From Dimorphilus gyrociliatus (taxonomy: Eukaryota > Animalia > Annelida), in the NCBI GenBank assembly GCA_904063045.1, contig CAJFCJ010000029.1:186001-250000 (forward strand): DNA of 64,000 bases, read 5' to 3'. The position numbers were made by a program, and so were the translations under genes. This document shows, in pieces, positions 41,420 through 54,133 of this stretch. The notes under the pieces are model-generated. The model was not told the origin of the DNA, did no database searches, and was given only the letters and a program-made list of their open reading frames with translations. Numbering within the stretch: position 1 is the first letter of the stretch; each line of letters starts with the position of its first letter.

Positions 41420-43499
41420 TACGCATTGCTGCGCGACGCCGACTGAAAACGCCAAACGGCAGCTAATGCTCTTTATATATATATATATATATATATATAT
41501 CAGCAAATATTCAAGGCGATTTCGTAGGGAGCGCTATAAACGCTTTCGTTTCCGCTTTTTAAATATTTTATATCGACGCCTCTCTTTGCTGCCTTTATCA
41601 ATTTTTTAATCGAATGTTCTTCAAGGGAATCTATATACATGTCTAATAATAGGCATAGGTTACCTTGTCCGACATGTTCTTGAAAAAAAATCCTGAAGGG
41701 TTTACGTAAACGCTTGTTAGAAAAAACGATTTACTAGAACAAATATGTTTAGGGGCAAAAACATTGTCGTTAAATATTTCAGCAACGTTTATGTTTCGAC
41801 TTTTGATGGATTGTGTGTATCGAACACAGAACTTTCATTTTGAAAGGGATAGCTCTTTGACGCCTTATAAATTTTTCAAAAAGAGCGTCTCTCGAAGGAA
41901 CCCCTAGAGAGTTGTTAATTTTCGGCCACCTGAACCCAAAATCGTTGAAAAGTCACTTTCAAGACCAATTAAACTCCTTTCAAGCGCTTAGTAAATCAAT
42001 TAATGACATTTATTCACATGATAGAGAAAAATGAACAATAGAGAGAATAATTGAACTAAATATTCTATAGTCGATAGAGAATTATTTTGAAAAATCGAAC
42101 TTTTTAAATCAAGGTACGTATTTGAACGGCGTCAAACCGAATGGTCCGGCTTTAATGATTATCAATTGAATCGATCGAACCCAGACTATTGTAGGGGAGA
42201 AATTTAATTTTCTTTAGGCATACTAAGCGCGCATTAGTCCTACCGGTTCAATTTCAGATCGATTTCTCTCTGTAAAAAGTAATGTAAAGGCGTGGTTTTA
42301 TAAACTGATGGAATTTCTGCATCACATTGTCCTAGAATACTAGGATCACATAAAAATGTCCTTTTTCTTCTCTTCTTATGTATTAATGTACATATCAATA
42401 AATCTAATTCTATATATGATGTACATTACAAAGAGAGCTTAGTTAGTGATTAAAAGATTTAATTGTATCTAAAAAATATTTAGTCTTGTTCCTTAATTCT
42501 CTTTGAGTTTTAAAATTCTATAACATTCAATTTAGTACAGGATAAAATTATCGAATTTTCTCCCCTCTTCCCTCTCCCCTTCTCTCTTTTCTTTTGCTTC
42601 TCGCTTTTCTTCTTCTCTCTATCCCCTTACTTTAATGGGTTAAACAAAATCTCTTCCAATAAATTATGAGCGACATAAAACGTGCTATTATTAACCATAC
42701 AAGAGGACGTTTTGATCTTTTTCAATTGATGGACTATAAAAAAAAGAGAGTAGGGAAAAAATGGTTAAAAAAACTTTCATTGAAATTTTTATTCTGTCAA
42801 ATTTCAGTCTTTTTATGGTCGGTATTCTAAATATATGTAGGAATTATACGTGATAAACATAACTAAAAGTCTCTCATAGTTTAACGTATAACCTAACATC
42901 AAAGCACTGTTTGAAAATAGGCGCCAATATCTATTGGTCCGCTATTGGACGATAATGCGGAACTACAAAATTTTATCACTTTTGCTAGGCTTATTATCGT
43001 CTGCTAATAAAACATTTTACGCTTTAGAATAAATTTCTTGTTAGCAACAATGGATTATTTCGATTCTGAAACAGGTAAATTACTATCTCAGCGTAAAAAC
43101 TTAACTCGTCAACGAATGCAGATGGCAGTGGAAAATTTGCCGCCATCTGCGCTTTGTCGCCGTTAATGCACACTTCAAAGGCGTTTCTAGTCTCTTCCTA
43201 CATAAACTTTTCAGAATAAAAAGGGGAAATTATTATAAAAACACCTGTTAACACGCGTTTAGAGAGATATTCAGCTTTGATAAAGATCGAAACCCCCCAA
43301 TTACAATACTAGTTTTTTAGAAGCTAGATTGATTAATTGGTACTTTAATTAATTGCGCAGAGGCATGTCTGTATCCTTATTAACAATTATGCCTTTCTTC
43401 GAATTATAATTTTTACAAAGGAGTGCAGCACAATGTCTTTTCTTCGGCTGCAGGTAAAAGTTTGTCCGGTAACGTTGACCGTAATTAGAGAACGGAATG

Positions 43500-43513
43500 G
43501 TTGCCATAGAAAC
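43500..43513. promoter_or_regulatory. RFX X-box upstream of ARNT
   Basis: GTTGCCATAGAAAC, ending 60 nt before the ARNT ATG at 43573. Confidence 0.55.
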
Positions 43514-43572
43514 TCTGTAGAGCGACTACAGCGGCGCTTCGTTGCACTTTGCTGTAGCTATGCAGGGCGAAC

Positions 43573-46572
43573 ATGGAGTTCTCGCATAATCCACAGACGT
43601 ATTATTCTGTTATCGATCATCATCATAATCTTCAACAACATCAACCCGCCTATAATGCCGGTACGTTAGTGAGAAAAATTGTTCAATAGTCAATTTTGGT
43701 CAATAGAACGGTATCGTGATTTACTAAGTGGGTGTTGTCCGAGAATTTTGCATCTAAACTTCTCCAGCACGAAGATTACTTTGAAAGTCACGATTCATCT
43801 CGAATTTCATTTACTGATATTTTCTTTTTTAGGTGATAGAAGTAAAAAAGGCAAAAGAAAACTTAGTGATAAGGAGTAAGTACTAAAGTTATGTATATAT
43901 ATATAAATTTATTACATATTATATTGTATTAGTAATATATAAATAAATAAATAAATATATTATTAAGACTATATATATAAATATAATATATCTAATTAAC
44001 CAAGCAGAAGAAGTTATTACTTGTATTTAACTCTGTCTTTCTCTCTTTCTCTCTGTCTCCCTCTCTCTCTCTCTCTGTCTGTTTTTCTCTCTGTCTCTCT
44101 CTCTCGCTTACTTTCTTCGCATTTTTATTTCTTTCACTCTCCTTATAAAGATCTGAAGAAGATGAGACGGCGTTTGGGGATAACGGAGAAATCACGGATA
44201 AGGAGAGATTAGCAAGGTGGCAATGTCCATTAAATAGATTGAAAAGATGTTTAACTTTTGTATTGATCTTTTCATGCAGAGAAAGTCATTGCGAGATTGA
44301 ACGTCGTAGGAGGAGTAAGATGGCGACTTACGTTAATGAATTATGCGATATGGTGCCCGCTTGTTCAACCCTTGCCAGAAAACCCGACAAGCTAACGATT
44401 TTGAGATTAGCTGTAGCTCATATGAAGACTTTACAGGGTTTATTATCTCTAAATAAAAGGCTATTAATGATATTTATTAAAGCTTTTCTTTTCTTTTTAT
44501 AGGAACCGGTAATACGACTAATGATGGCTCGTATAAACCGTCATTTCTTACTGACCAGGAGTTAAAACATTTGATATTAGAAGTAATTAGATCTATTTTT
44601 ATAGTTTCGTCTCGTTAATTGAAGGAAATGTATTTAATCTTGTTATAGGCTGCAGACGGCTTTCTTTTTGTTGCGCAATGTGATACGGGCAGAGTGATTT
44701 ACGTGTCGGATTCCGTTTTACCAGTACTCAATCAGACTCAGGCAAGTTTCTAGAGAATCTGTTTTCAATACTTTTAAGTTTCGCATAAGATTTCTAGAGT
44801 AAAAAGAGGTGACAGAAGAAAAAAATCGGAAAATAATATAAAAAATCATTATAAACAAAAGTTTTCTTCCTATTTTTATGTATAACCTTCTTCACTTTCT
44901 ATTAAAATATGCATTACGCAAAGAAAAATATATGAATATATAAATCTCAATATAGCAAGCTTGGTATTCGGCCTCGTCATTATACGACCTCGTACATCCT
45001 GATGACACGGCAAAACTTCGTGAGCAATTATCAACGTCTGAGTCACAAAGTAACGGAAGAATATTGGATTTAAAAAGTATACCCCATTTACTTACCCTAA
45101 GTCTATATACAGTACATACATATATATATATACATATATATATATTTATTGATATACTTACAAAACTTTATATGAACAATGTAAAACATACGCTGTGTAC
45201 TAAAACTCATATTTCTTTACTTTTACTTTTGTTTTAACAATCATTAAATCATTGTTTGCTTATTTGCCTTTATAGCTGGTACTTTAAAGAAGGAAGGTCA
45301 TCAATGTAAGTAGACAGTATGACATCGCGAAGAGTAAACATTGCGAATGCATATATTTTTTTTTACGCAGCGTCTATGCGATTATGCATGAGTTCCCGAA
45401 GAGGTTTCATTTGCCGGATGAAAATCGGAAATGTACCTGTCGATCCAATGATATCCAATCACACGGTGCGTCTTCGCCAATTAAACACTCTTGGTCAATC
45501 ACCTGACGGCCAACAATACGCTATTGTCCACGTGACGGGTTACTTGAAAAATTGGTCTTTGTCTGCAATGCAAATGGATAGAGGTGCGAATGGACAGGAT
45601 GATGATCTACAATCCTCTTGTTGCCTTGTAGGAATAGGTCGTCTACAAGTTACATCATCACCGAGTGTTTCAGATATGAATTCAACAGGAGCATCAACTT
45701 ATATTTCAAGACACTCAGTTGATGGTAAATTTACATTTGTCGATCAGAGGTTTGTCTATAGGACTAACGAAGCGTCTAATTAACGCCCGGTCAATTTTAC
45801 AGAGTAGTGTCAGTGCTTGGCTATCAACCACAAGAGTTTTTCGGAAAGTACTTGCACGAATTCTGCCATCCGGAAGAAGAGAATCAAGTAAAAGAGAGCT
45901 TCGATCACGGTAAGAGAATACTGTTTCAAAAAAAATTGTTATTATAAAAGAGATTTGTTCAGTTCTCAAACTTAAAGGTCAGATGATGTCGTTAGCATTT
46001 AGAATGCGTAGCAAGAGTGGAGAATGGGTATGGATTAAAAGTTGCTCTTTTAGTTTTCAAAATCCTTATACGGACCAAGTCGAGTATATCGTGTCGACAA
46101 ACACAGCAGTAAGGTATTAAACGCCTTCCCAAGGGGATTTAACAAATCCGAAGACCAACATTGCGTTACCGTTTCATTTTATTCTTGTTACAGGCAAAAT
46201 AGTCCGACGAATGCCGATCAGAGCTCGGAAAGATTGAATTCAACATCAGAAGTCATCGATGCGGAAATCTATACAAGAGCCATGACACAAGTTCAAGGTT
46301 ATGCCCCTCTTCAGCAGATGACGCCTTTGATTAAGCAATCGGCGTGGAACTCGATGCTGACAAATCCGTCAACCACTTCAAATTACGACAGTTCGTGGCA
46401 TTGGGCAACTCCGACCCCAGCTACATCCAGCTCAGCTGCTCAGGAACAACAACAATCTGCGGCTAATCAGTCGAATAATTCGTCTGGAAATCAGCAGGAA
46501 ATGAGCGAAGTAATGAGTATGTTGGAACCTGCTGAATTAGAATACGATTTGTCGACCTTTACTAATATCTAA
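43573..46572 (+). CDS. ARNT: Aryl hydrocarbon receptor nuclear translocator (ARNT/HIF-1beta/tango), bHLH-PAS factor, about 564 aa, 12 exons
   Basis: Exons 43573-43660, 43833-43875, 44151-44216, 44280-44437, 44503-44582, 44649-44741, 44956-45076, 45276-45305, 45371-45749, 45803-45909, 45963-46113, 46194-46572 (1695 nt). [21 protein letters not shown]...[20 protein letters not shown] bHLH; [25 protein letters not shown]; PAS-A VHPDD; [20 protein letters not shown]; [17 protein letters not shown]; Q/S-rich C-terminus. Confidence 0.95.
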
Positions 46573-47367
46573 AAGCCTTGTGTTCGTCTGTGCTATTTTC
46601 ATGTCTTTAATTAAAGCGTTAATTGAATGATTAATAAGAGAATGTTGTTAAAAATTAAAATTGTAAACTAGATGTAGTATTGAATCAAGTCTTTCGAAGT
46701 GTCAGTGAATAAAATGAGGAAAACCTTTCATTTCATTCCTTTATTTGTTTTCCATATGATTTTCAAAAAGAAATATTTTTATTGTCTCTTATTTTTGCTT
46801 TTAATTTTACCTTTTATTATTCAAATAAATACAAAAAAAAAAGAAATATCCCGGTCGAATTAATAGATTCTGACGTCTTCCATCCGTATTCAATTCGATT
46901 AACGACTGCACGAAATACCGAATTGACATTTTACTTGACTAATTTCGTGTAAATTCGTGAATAATTCTCCATTAAATAATGGAATTGGGTCATTGGTTTT
47001 TTAGGGTCAATTTCTAAGAGCTGTCTAATGATCGGTTAAAAGCAACTAGGATTGGACGGAAGCTCTTCCGTTTTACAGGCCTAGAGCAAAGCGACTTTAA
47101 AGAAATAGGTGAAAAAAACGAATGGCTATCCTTCCGTCTTTTGAAAATAAGACTTTAGGAATATTCGACGAAACGATTGGCAAATATTGTTTTAGCGGAA
47201 GAAAGGGAAAAACACGCCTCTTTTATTCGATCGGTGACGTTTTAAAAACTATGAGTTAAGAGCGACGCCACATTCATTATGAATAGGCGATAAACATGAG
47301 CGTCACTCTAGTAATTGTTTGATAAAACTGACGTAATTAAGAGAGCAATCCCTTTCGTTTTTTGTTA

Positions 47368-47939
47368 ATGGATAGAAGATACGGAGACAGAAGGGATCAT
47401 CAAGCTCCAGCCGTAGCTGTAAGTTCAAGTACTTTGCCAGCATTCGGACTCTTAGCGTTTGGAGTATGTATATGTGTTACAGCGTAAGTTCGCGTGTCGT
47501 CGTTTACCTATTCTTTAAATCTTTTTACTTGACTTTAAAGATTGAGTGATGTAATAGTAGTCCATTACGGAAATATTTTCCTAATCTAACCTAAAATAAA
47601 AATGAGAATAGACGCAATATATGAAATAATTCTATGATATTTAGATTCATTTTAATGGCGGCGTTTGGCGTAAGTGAACCTTCCTCAAAGAAAAAACAAT
47701 TGTCTGGTCCAATTGTTCTAGTATTGGGAGTGGCGATAAGTATTTCCGCTCTTATCTATGCAAGTAAGCTGAAAGCTAGAAATAGGAAAATCCAACAAGG
47801 TCAAAGAGCATTGAAAAAAAAGCCGCTGACAAAATTAACTCACGGACGTTCCATAAGCAACTCGGTCAATTCTAGTGTTTCACTTACTAGAATGGAATAT
47901 GCTAATCACTACCCAAATAGCCTGTCTTCAATCGCCTAA
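47368..47939 (+). CDS. Small two-TM membrane protein (PIRT/TMEM100-like topology), about 136 aa
   Basis: Exons 47368-47483 and 47645-47939 (phase 2, GT-AG). TM1 LPAFGLLAFGVCICVTAFILMAAFGV, short loop, TM2 GPIVLVLGVAISISALIYA, basic cytosolic tail. Family assignment is by topology only. Confidence 0.6.
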
Positions 47940-48757
47940 ATCGATACTTAATCAATGATATTTACCTCAGAATTCGAACAGTTAAACATTTACTAATCGG
48001 AACACCAATATATTGGATATTACTGCTTTGGTTGATTAGAAAGAAATGATTTATTGATGGGTAAAGAAAGAATTAGCTTAGGAAGAAATTTTTGTAACAG
48101 ACTTGTATTGTTTGATATAATTATACAAATACAGATATGTTTAGCTATTGACCACTCTTACTGTGTCATTTAGTCGTTAACACTAACCGGTTGATTGCAC
48201 TTGAATCGTCATTTTCGTTGCTATAGCTTGTTCCTAACTCTGCTTAAACAGTTACTTTGTCATGATGATATAAATGAATTATATATAAACAAAATATAAA
48301 CAATGTTTATTAAATGGCCTCGCATTATTAACGAGCCCATTACTAATAATCTATTTTGAATTAAACTTTATCAAAAGAAGAAATTCTTGCTTTTCTCTAA
48401 AAAGATGATAATTGATAGGTCTTTTATTAGTGCTTTATATTATATTTCTAGTCATGATGTCACATTACAAATAAAATTTAGTCAAAATCTATAAAAAACA
48501 CATTGAAAATCTATATCTCCTCATGTACGTACACAATTTCCCATCAATGATTGTTGATTTTAATAATCATCCCTTAAACGTCTCTAAAAACTTTCCAAAA
48601 GATAAAAAATAATAATATAGAAGAACAGAAAGTATTCCAACTTTTTGAAGAGAAACATTAAATGAAGAAAAATCAATTGTATCAAGAGGATTTTGCAAGA
48701 ATATATATAAATAAACAATATATACAGTGAACAATATGCCAACTGTATATATTTATA

Positions 48758-48789
<32 letters not shown>

Positions 48790-48952
48790 AGTTTTGGTAT
48801 ATATAGATATACATATATTTATGTATACATACATACTAGAAATATGTCTATATATAATTCATTGATATGATTCTCATTATTATTCATATTCATATTATTA
48901 TTATCATGATCATCTTAGTCATATTTTTCAGAATCGTTACTTTTTTGTAATA

Positions 48953-51900
48953 TCATTTCCTTTCTTTTTTCGTTATACTCTTCATACGTTGTAGCGTTGT
49001 CTGTCTCGCTGCCGAGGGGAGATTATGAGTCCTTAGAACGACTAGCCGCTTTGAAATCTCACAAACCCCAGTAATAGCGCCACCTCTTGTAGCGATTAGC
49101 GGATTTAGGGAAGGCACGTACTGCAGGCATTCGGTAAGAGGCGTATGAACTTTTTCCTCCCTGCTTGCCACGTCCATAATCACCATCATTATACCGTCGT
49201 AAAACAAAACGTGAGTATTATTGACGAAGCCGATCAAGTAGGGAAAATTACAGTCGATGTCGTGCAGAACATCACCATTGTCGGCGTTCCATAATCGGCA
49301 AAAGCTGGAAGAAGTAGCGATAAGCGTTGTGGCATCGGGAGAAAATTCGACGTGTCCTCGGTGACTTATCCACTCAGAATTAGTCTGTAAGCGTTTATCG
49401 AATTGACAGTCGGACGATTGCATATATAAATCGTCTTCTTTGGTACCAATGACCAAGCGATCTGAACAAGGGGAGACGCTGACAAAACAAACATTCCTAA
49501 AGATGTTGTATTTTTTATCCTTTTCGTCTTGCCAGTGTCTTATACATAAAACATTTCCATTTGAATGAGACGATAAAAGAGGGCAACCGGGTACGTTGAG
49601 GAATATGAGATCATCAAGTTGGCCGTCTTCTGAATAAGATATGCTACATTCACTATCATCATCTTCTAAACTTATGACTAGAATTTGTTCTTCACTTTCC
49701 GAGGCCATAGCTATAAGAGACTCGCTTGCACTCGAGCAAATTAGAGACAAGTCATGCCTAGGTATACGTTTTGGCTTATCATCCACCTTCCACACAATTA
49801 GCTCATCATTGGATGCCAAACAGAATTTATCTGCTTTTGGTGAAGTGTGACACGTATTATTTGAATGACCAAGTCCCCTGAGCATAGGAGGATGATCATT
49901 CGAGAGCCGAACCCTAGAGACTTGGAGAGTGACGGAGGCTATTAGATTGGAACTCTGAACATCCCAGAGCGAAATTAAAACGTCATCGTGTCCGAACAAA
50001 TTAGACGTTAGTAAGATTTGGTTTGATGATGGCAATACAGTTACGCTTAGTACATCTAAATCACCAAGATGAACTTGTGAATCTTGTATAGATACCTCTT
50101 TTTCTAAATCATCAATATGATAGATTCGTATAGCCTGAGGAGATATGAAAGCGGCCCCTTCCCTAATAGATAACACAGCGTCTATTTGACTAGCTGTACA
50201 ATGTTTTAAGCGGTAAACACTCTCCACTTTCTTTTGCCATATTCGCATAGTGCACAATGAGCTTGCTTTTTTTCTTTTCCAGATAGCATATACACAAGTG
50301 CCATCTGCCGTCGAATGAAAGAGTGACGACTGTTCTTCCTCCGTCCATGCTTTAACAGTTTTGTCTTCCAGCGAGTAGCGCAGTGTTTTCAATCTTGTTT
50401 CCGACAACAACGATGATCCCATTAATATAGAGTCTTGGAAGAATGTTATTTTACTAATTCGCTTACAGTCTACGTCTACTTGACTTATTAGTTCCCATTC
50501 ACTCTTGTTCCATACTGTTAACTTGTTCTTTCCACTTTTTTCAATCAGAACCGCAACAGTTTGGGTGTCTGAACAAACAGCTATCAACTTTTCGCAATCA
50601 ATCTGTTCCGCATGCACACAACGCCTCGCTATGACGTCGAATACAGCGACAAGCTTTTTTTGTCCATCTGTAAAACCGCAAATTAAATTTCCGGTAGAAC
50701 AGGACGAACAGTCTATAGAATAATCGTCGGATAATTTTAAGCAACCGGGGTCAAAACCAGTAACTGGTTTTAAGCGGCCCCCGACAGCAGGCGCCAGCAG
50801 TTGAACAAAAGAGCCAACAAAAATGGCAGAATTGTCTGGTAGCCAATGAGCACTATTTGTCGAACGTTGTCGAATAGATTTTAGGTTGAGGGGTGGCCCT
50901 TTAAAATGGGCTGTTGCACAATCAACTAACGATGCACTAACAGCCTGCGATGTTTCGTCCTGAGTAAGGACAATTATCGACAGACCGTCGGGGGATGAAT
51001 CTACAGCTACTATCCTTTCCTCAGCTAAAATCGTGTAGCAATGGGTTTGAGATATACCAGCAATATGTTCTAACCACGGTTTATGCTTCAAATAAGTCCT
51101 TGCAGCTTGTTTTACTGAGGCGTTAGCTGCCATATTGGCAGCTACTTGGACAACACATTTGCCGCTCAAGCGGAGTAATGCTGACGTCTCTCTAACGAAC
51201 GTCGCCCAAGGGGCGACCTTTTGCGTAATATCCGTTTCGATAAGGCTTTCTGCTAGTAAATAATCGTGTAGAAGATGAGTTAATCTAACAGACTTTAGAG
51301 CCATTTTACGTTGAAGATATTCCATACTTGTCAAAAGAGTGGCAACGTGTTTACAATGTTTCGCAGCTACCATATGCCTAATTCCTCTTCTTAAAGCATA
51401 TTCATGCAATGGAAGATGTTGCCTGGAAGACGCCCACTTGGCACAGAGTTCAGCCACATGGCTCTGAGCATTATCTACATGCACAGCGCATTCCCCCTCA
51501 ACGTCTAATAACCATTCGGCAACTGCTAAACCACATAAACTAATTTTCCCTTCATTTTCACCCTTTTCTTCAATTATTACATCGAGTAATGCTTCCAGGG
51601 GATCATCGAAAGCCGTTTGAACATGTTGTATATAGGCGGATGAGATGGGTTCTAGGGCTAAAGCCAAAGGGGCAATCATTTGCTCATATTCTTTTACTGA
51701 GACTCCGCAACGTATTCCATTAAAGGTATTGGCTAGGAGAGCCTGTAAACCATCGGGAAACATAGTTTGAACGTCTCTTACTTCTAGTTTTGTACACTCT
51801 GGATCTAGCCTCCTTAGGGCACAGTTGACAATTCTAGCATAGAGCATATTTCCATTAGCCTTATTAGCTAATGTTGTTAGACCGCCGTCCAGGCTGATTT

Positions 51901-53065
51901 TATCCATAAATGGTGACAATTGGTCGCAGAAAATTTTCTTCATATCCGCTAGTACTTCCTTTCCAGACGAGGGTAATTCCTCGCTCTTTACTGTTGCTCC
52001 ACACTGCTCGATGAGACTAGCAGTATGCTGACCTTTACAAGACACGAGTACTTTAATGAATCGTGATGAATTAGCGGCAAGTTGACCAACTAACTGTGAC
52101 ATTGTACAGGCGTCACTACATTGATCGATGGCGTCGATTAAAAGCAGTAGAGGAGTAGTGACCGATTCGTTTAGGGGTTCTATTAATAGCTTTTGTAAAA
52201 GTTCGTTCACATCGGCACAGGCAAGTATTTGTTCAACATCATCAAATTCCGGTAAACGACTAACAAAGTCTGGCACCGCATCACAGAGTTGATGGGCAAA
52301 AGAACGCAGAACGTAACATACTTCGTTGTGATCCAAATTTGGAGCACACCAATGAAAGAAATGAGTTGCTTTGGCATTCTTCCGTCTACACATTTCCGAT
52401 AATACACTAGTTTTTCCTGTTCCCCTTTCTCCGTGTAAGACGAATACTTGCTCGGGGCCGAACGTTAGCCATTTGTCGATATTTTTCAATGTTGTTACAC
52501 GAGTATTGGGTGTTAGGACGGCTCGGCATTGAAGAGGTTCGCAAAAAGTTGCAAGGCTTCGCAATCGCGTTTGTATTTCGTGTTTCTTGGCTGAATCTTC
52601 GTCATTTAAACGTATTTCTCTGCTTTTTTCCTCGAAAACAATCTGGCCAGAAGATAAGATAAATATTTATTATAAATCAGATACACTCGACATAAAAACC
52701 CTTATTCGCTTATAACTACAACTATTTCTAGAAAATTTATTATCCTATATTTATTAATAAGACGACTCACTTCATTAGGTTTTCGCCTATTTTATTAGTT
52801 TCGAATGTTATTAAAAACTTATAGCCTCTTTTTTATATACATTTGTTTTCTCTCTAGTTTTTTATGAGCTAAAGGAAGAGAGAAGAGTGAAGGATAAATA
52901 GAAGAGGGGAAAGAGAGTGTAATTATGACTTGTATGGGACTAGATTATTTTTAGCGCCCTCTACTATTCAACTCAATTATAAGCGAAGTAAGCCGATTTC
53001 GTTGAGTAGTTCGTTTGACGTAGATCTGTAGCATTTCGTTGGTATACTTGGCATAACTTCCTCAT
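48953..53065 (-). CDS. STAND-class NACHT-like NTPase with C-terminal WD40-like beta-propeller repeats (NWD/TEP1-like), about 1235 aa
   Basis: One 3690-nt open exon 52642-48953 with a phase-0 acceptor. Candidate start micro-exon 53065-53048 (MRKLCQ), uncertain. Walker A GERGTGKT, Walker B LLLIDAIDQ, helical YALRRGIRHMVAA segment, then degenerate WD-like strands (ISLWDV, LIVWKV, CRLWNA). Confidence 0.85.
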
Positions 53066-53147
53066 GGATGATGATTCTAGATCAAGTTCATTTGCAATAA
53101 AACAAATTTTTGTCTGTCAGAGTCTTATGAAGAGGACAGGGGGCGCT
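52953..53147. promoter_or_regulatory. Pair of divergently oriented CTCF-like motifs near the 5-prime end of the NACHT-WD40 gene
   Basis: AGCGCCCTCTACT (52953-52965; reverse complement AGTAGAGGGCGCT) and GACAGGGGGCGCT (53135-53147). Confidence 0.45.
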
Positions 53148-53455
53148 TTAGAATGTCGAATATTAAATTTAGCCAAGATTCTTTTTTATCCACATACGAA
53201 TGTGCTACATAAAAAAATATATTGGCAAAAGGATTTTGGCCCTAAAAAAGAGAGAAGAAATTACAAAATTGTCGCCAAGAGGGTATAAAAATATTGATTA
53301 ATGAAATGATAAAAAAAGAATGACTAATGAAAAAAAATTACAAAAGAATACAGAACGTAAGCTTAAATCAGTTATTGACTATGGGTGGTAATATATTAGA
53401 TTCCTGTATGATATTCTTGTGCCAGATAATCGGAACGGAATATTATGACCGAAAA

Positions 53456-54133
53456 CTAGGGTAATTGTTCCTTATTTATGTCGGTGACTGCAGAACTTGT
53501 AATTTTTTTTTTTCTGTTTTTTTTTCTTTACCTTACAAGCCGATTGCACGCTATTTTGCACAATCTCTGCGGCGACGTTTTGCAACTTATCCTCTTCCGA
53601 TTCTATAAGGAAAAATTGTACACAGTCATAAAAGGTTTTTATAATACAAAGTGCCACATATATATAAGCTCATATATAAAAAAAAGGATGATGCGAATGC
53701 TTATTACCTTCATTAGAACGTTTTATCTCGCCTTCCTCTTCGCACACCAAAATGACGTCATCTTGACAAAGAGACTTGTTGACGTCTTTCTGATCGAATT
53801 CACTACAGCCATTCGTTCTTACATCGTTCGATTTTTTACAAGCCGCGATCTTCAGAGCCTCCTTCGTAGCCGATTGCACAATATCCAGAGCCAATTTCTC
53901 TAAGCCCGCACTGTTTTTATCCTCAGTTATGCAGGTTTTCGCTTCCTTATCGATCAAATTTGAGGTTTAATTGTATACTAGAAAGATACTGTATCGATTG
54001 ACAATGAAAATTTTGGAGCGCAACTTACGATGGTTTCAGTCTTATTTGATCCATCTAGTGCGGTGTCAAATGGCCTGTAATTCTCGCCAACGCTCTCCTT
54101 TCGTCGGCCTTGTTTTGATAGACAACTACCCAT
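53456..54133 (-). CDS. Small N-acylated protein with two predicted PKA-R binding amphipathic helices (AKAP7/AKAP18-alpha-like architecture), about 146 aa
   Basis: Exons 54133-54029, 53945-53708, 53602-53537, 53487-53456 (441 nt, phases 0/1/1). N-terminus MGSCLS; helices LEKLALDIVQSATKEAL and LQNVAAEIVQNSVQSAF. The acceptor at 53946 (AAG) and the 49-nt last intron are weak. Confidence 0.6.

Noticed and set aside
53048-53241. Possible TIR-domain remnant upstream of the NACHT exon (FFYVAHSYVDKKESWLNLIF)
   Set aside because: The resemblance is superficial, that frame hits a stop, and the segment is far too short for a TIR fold.
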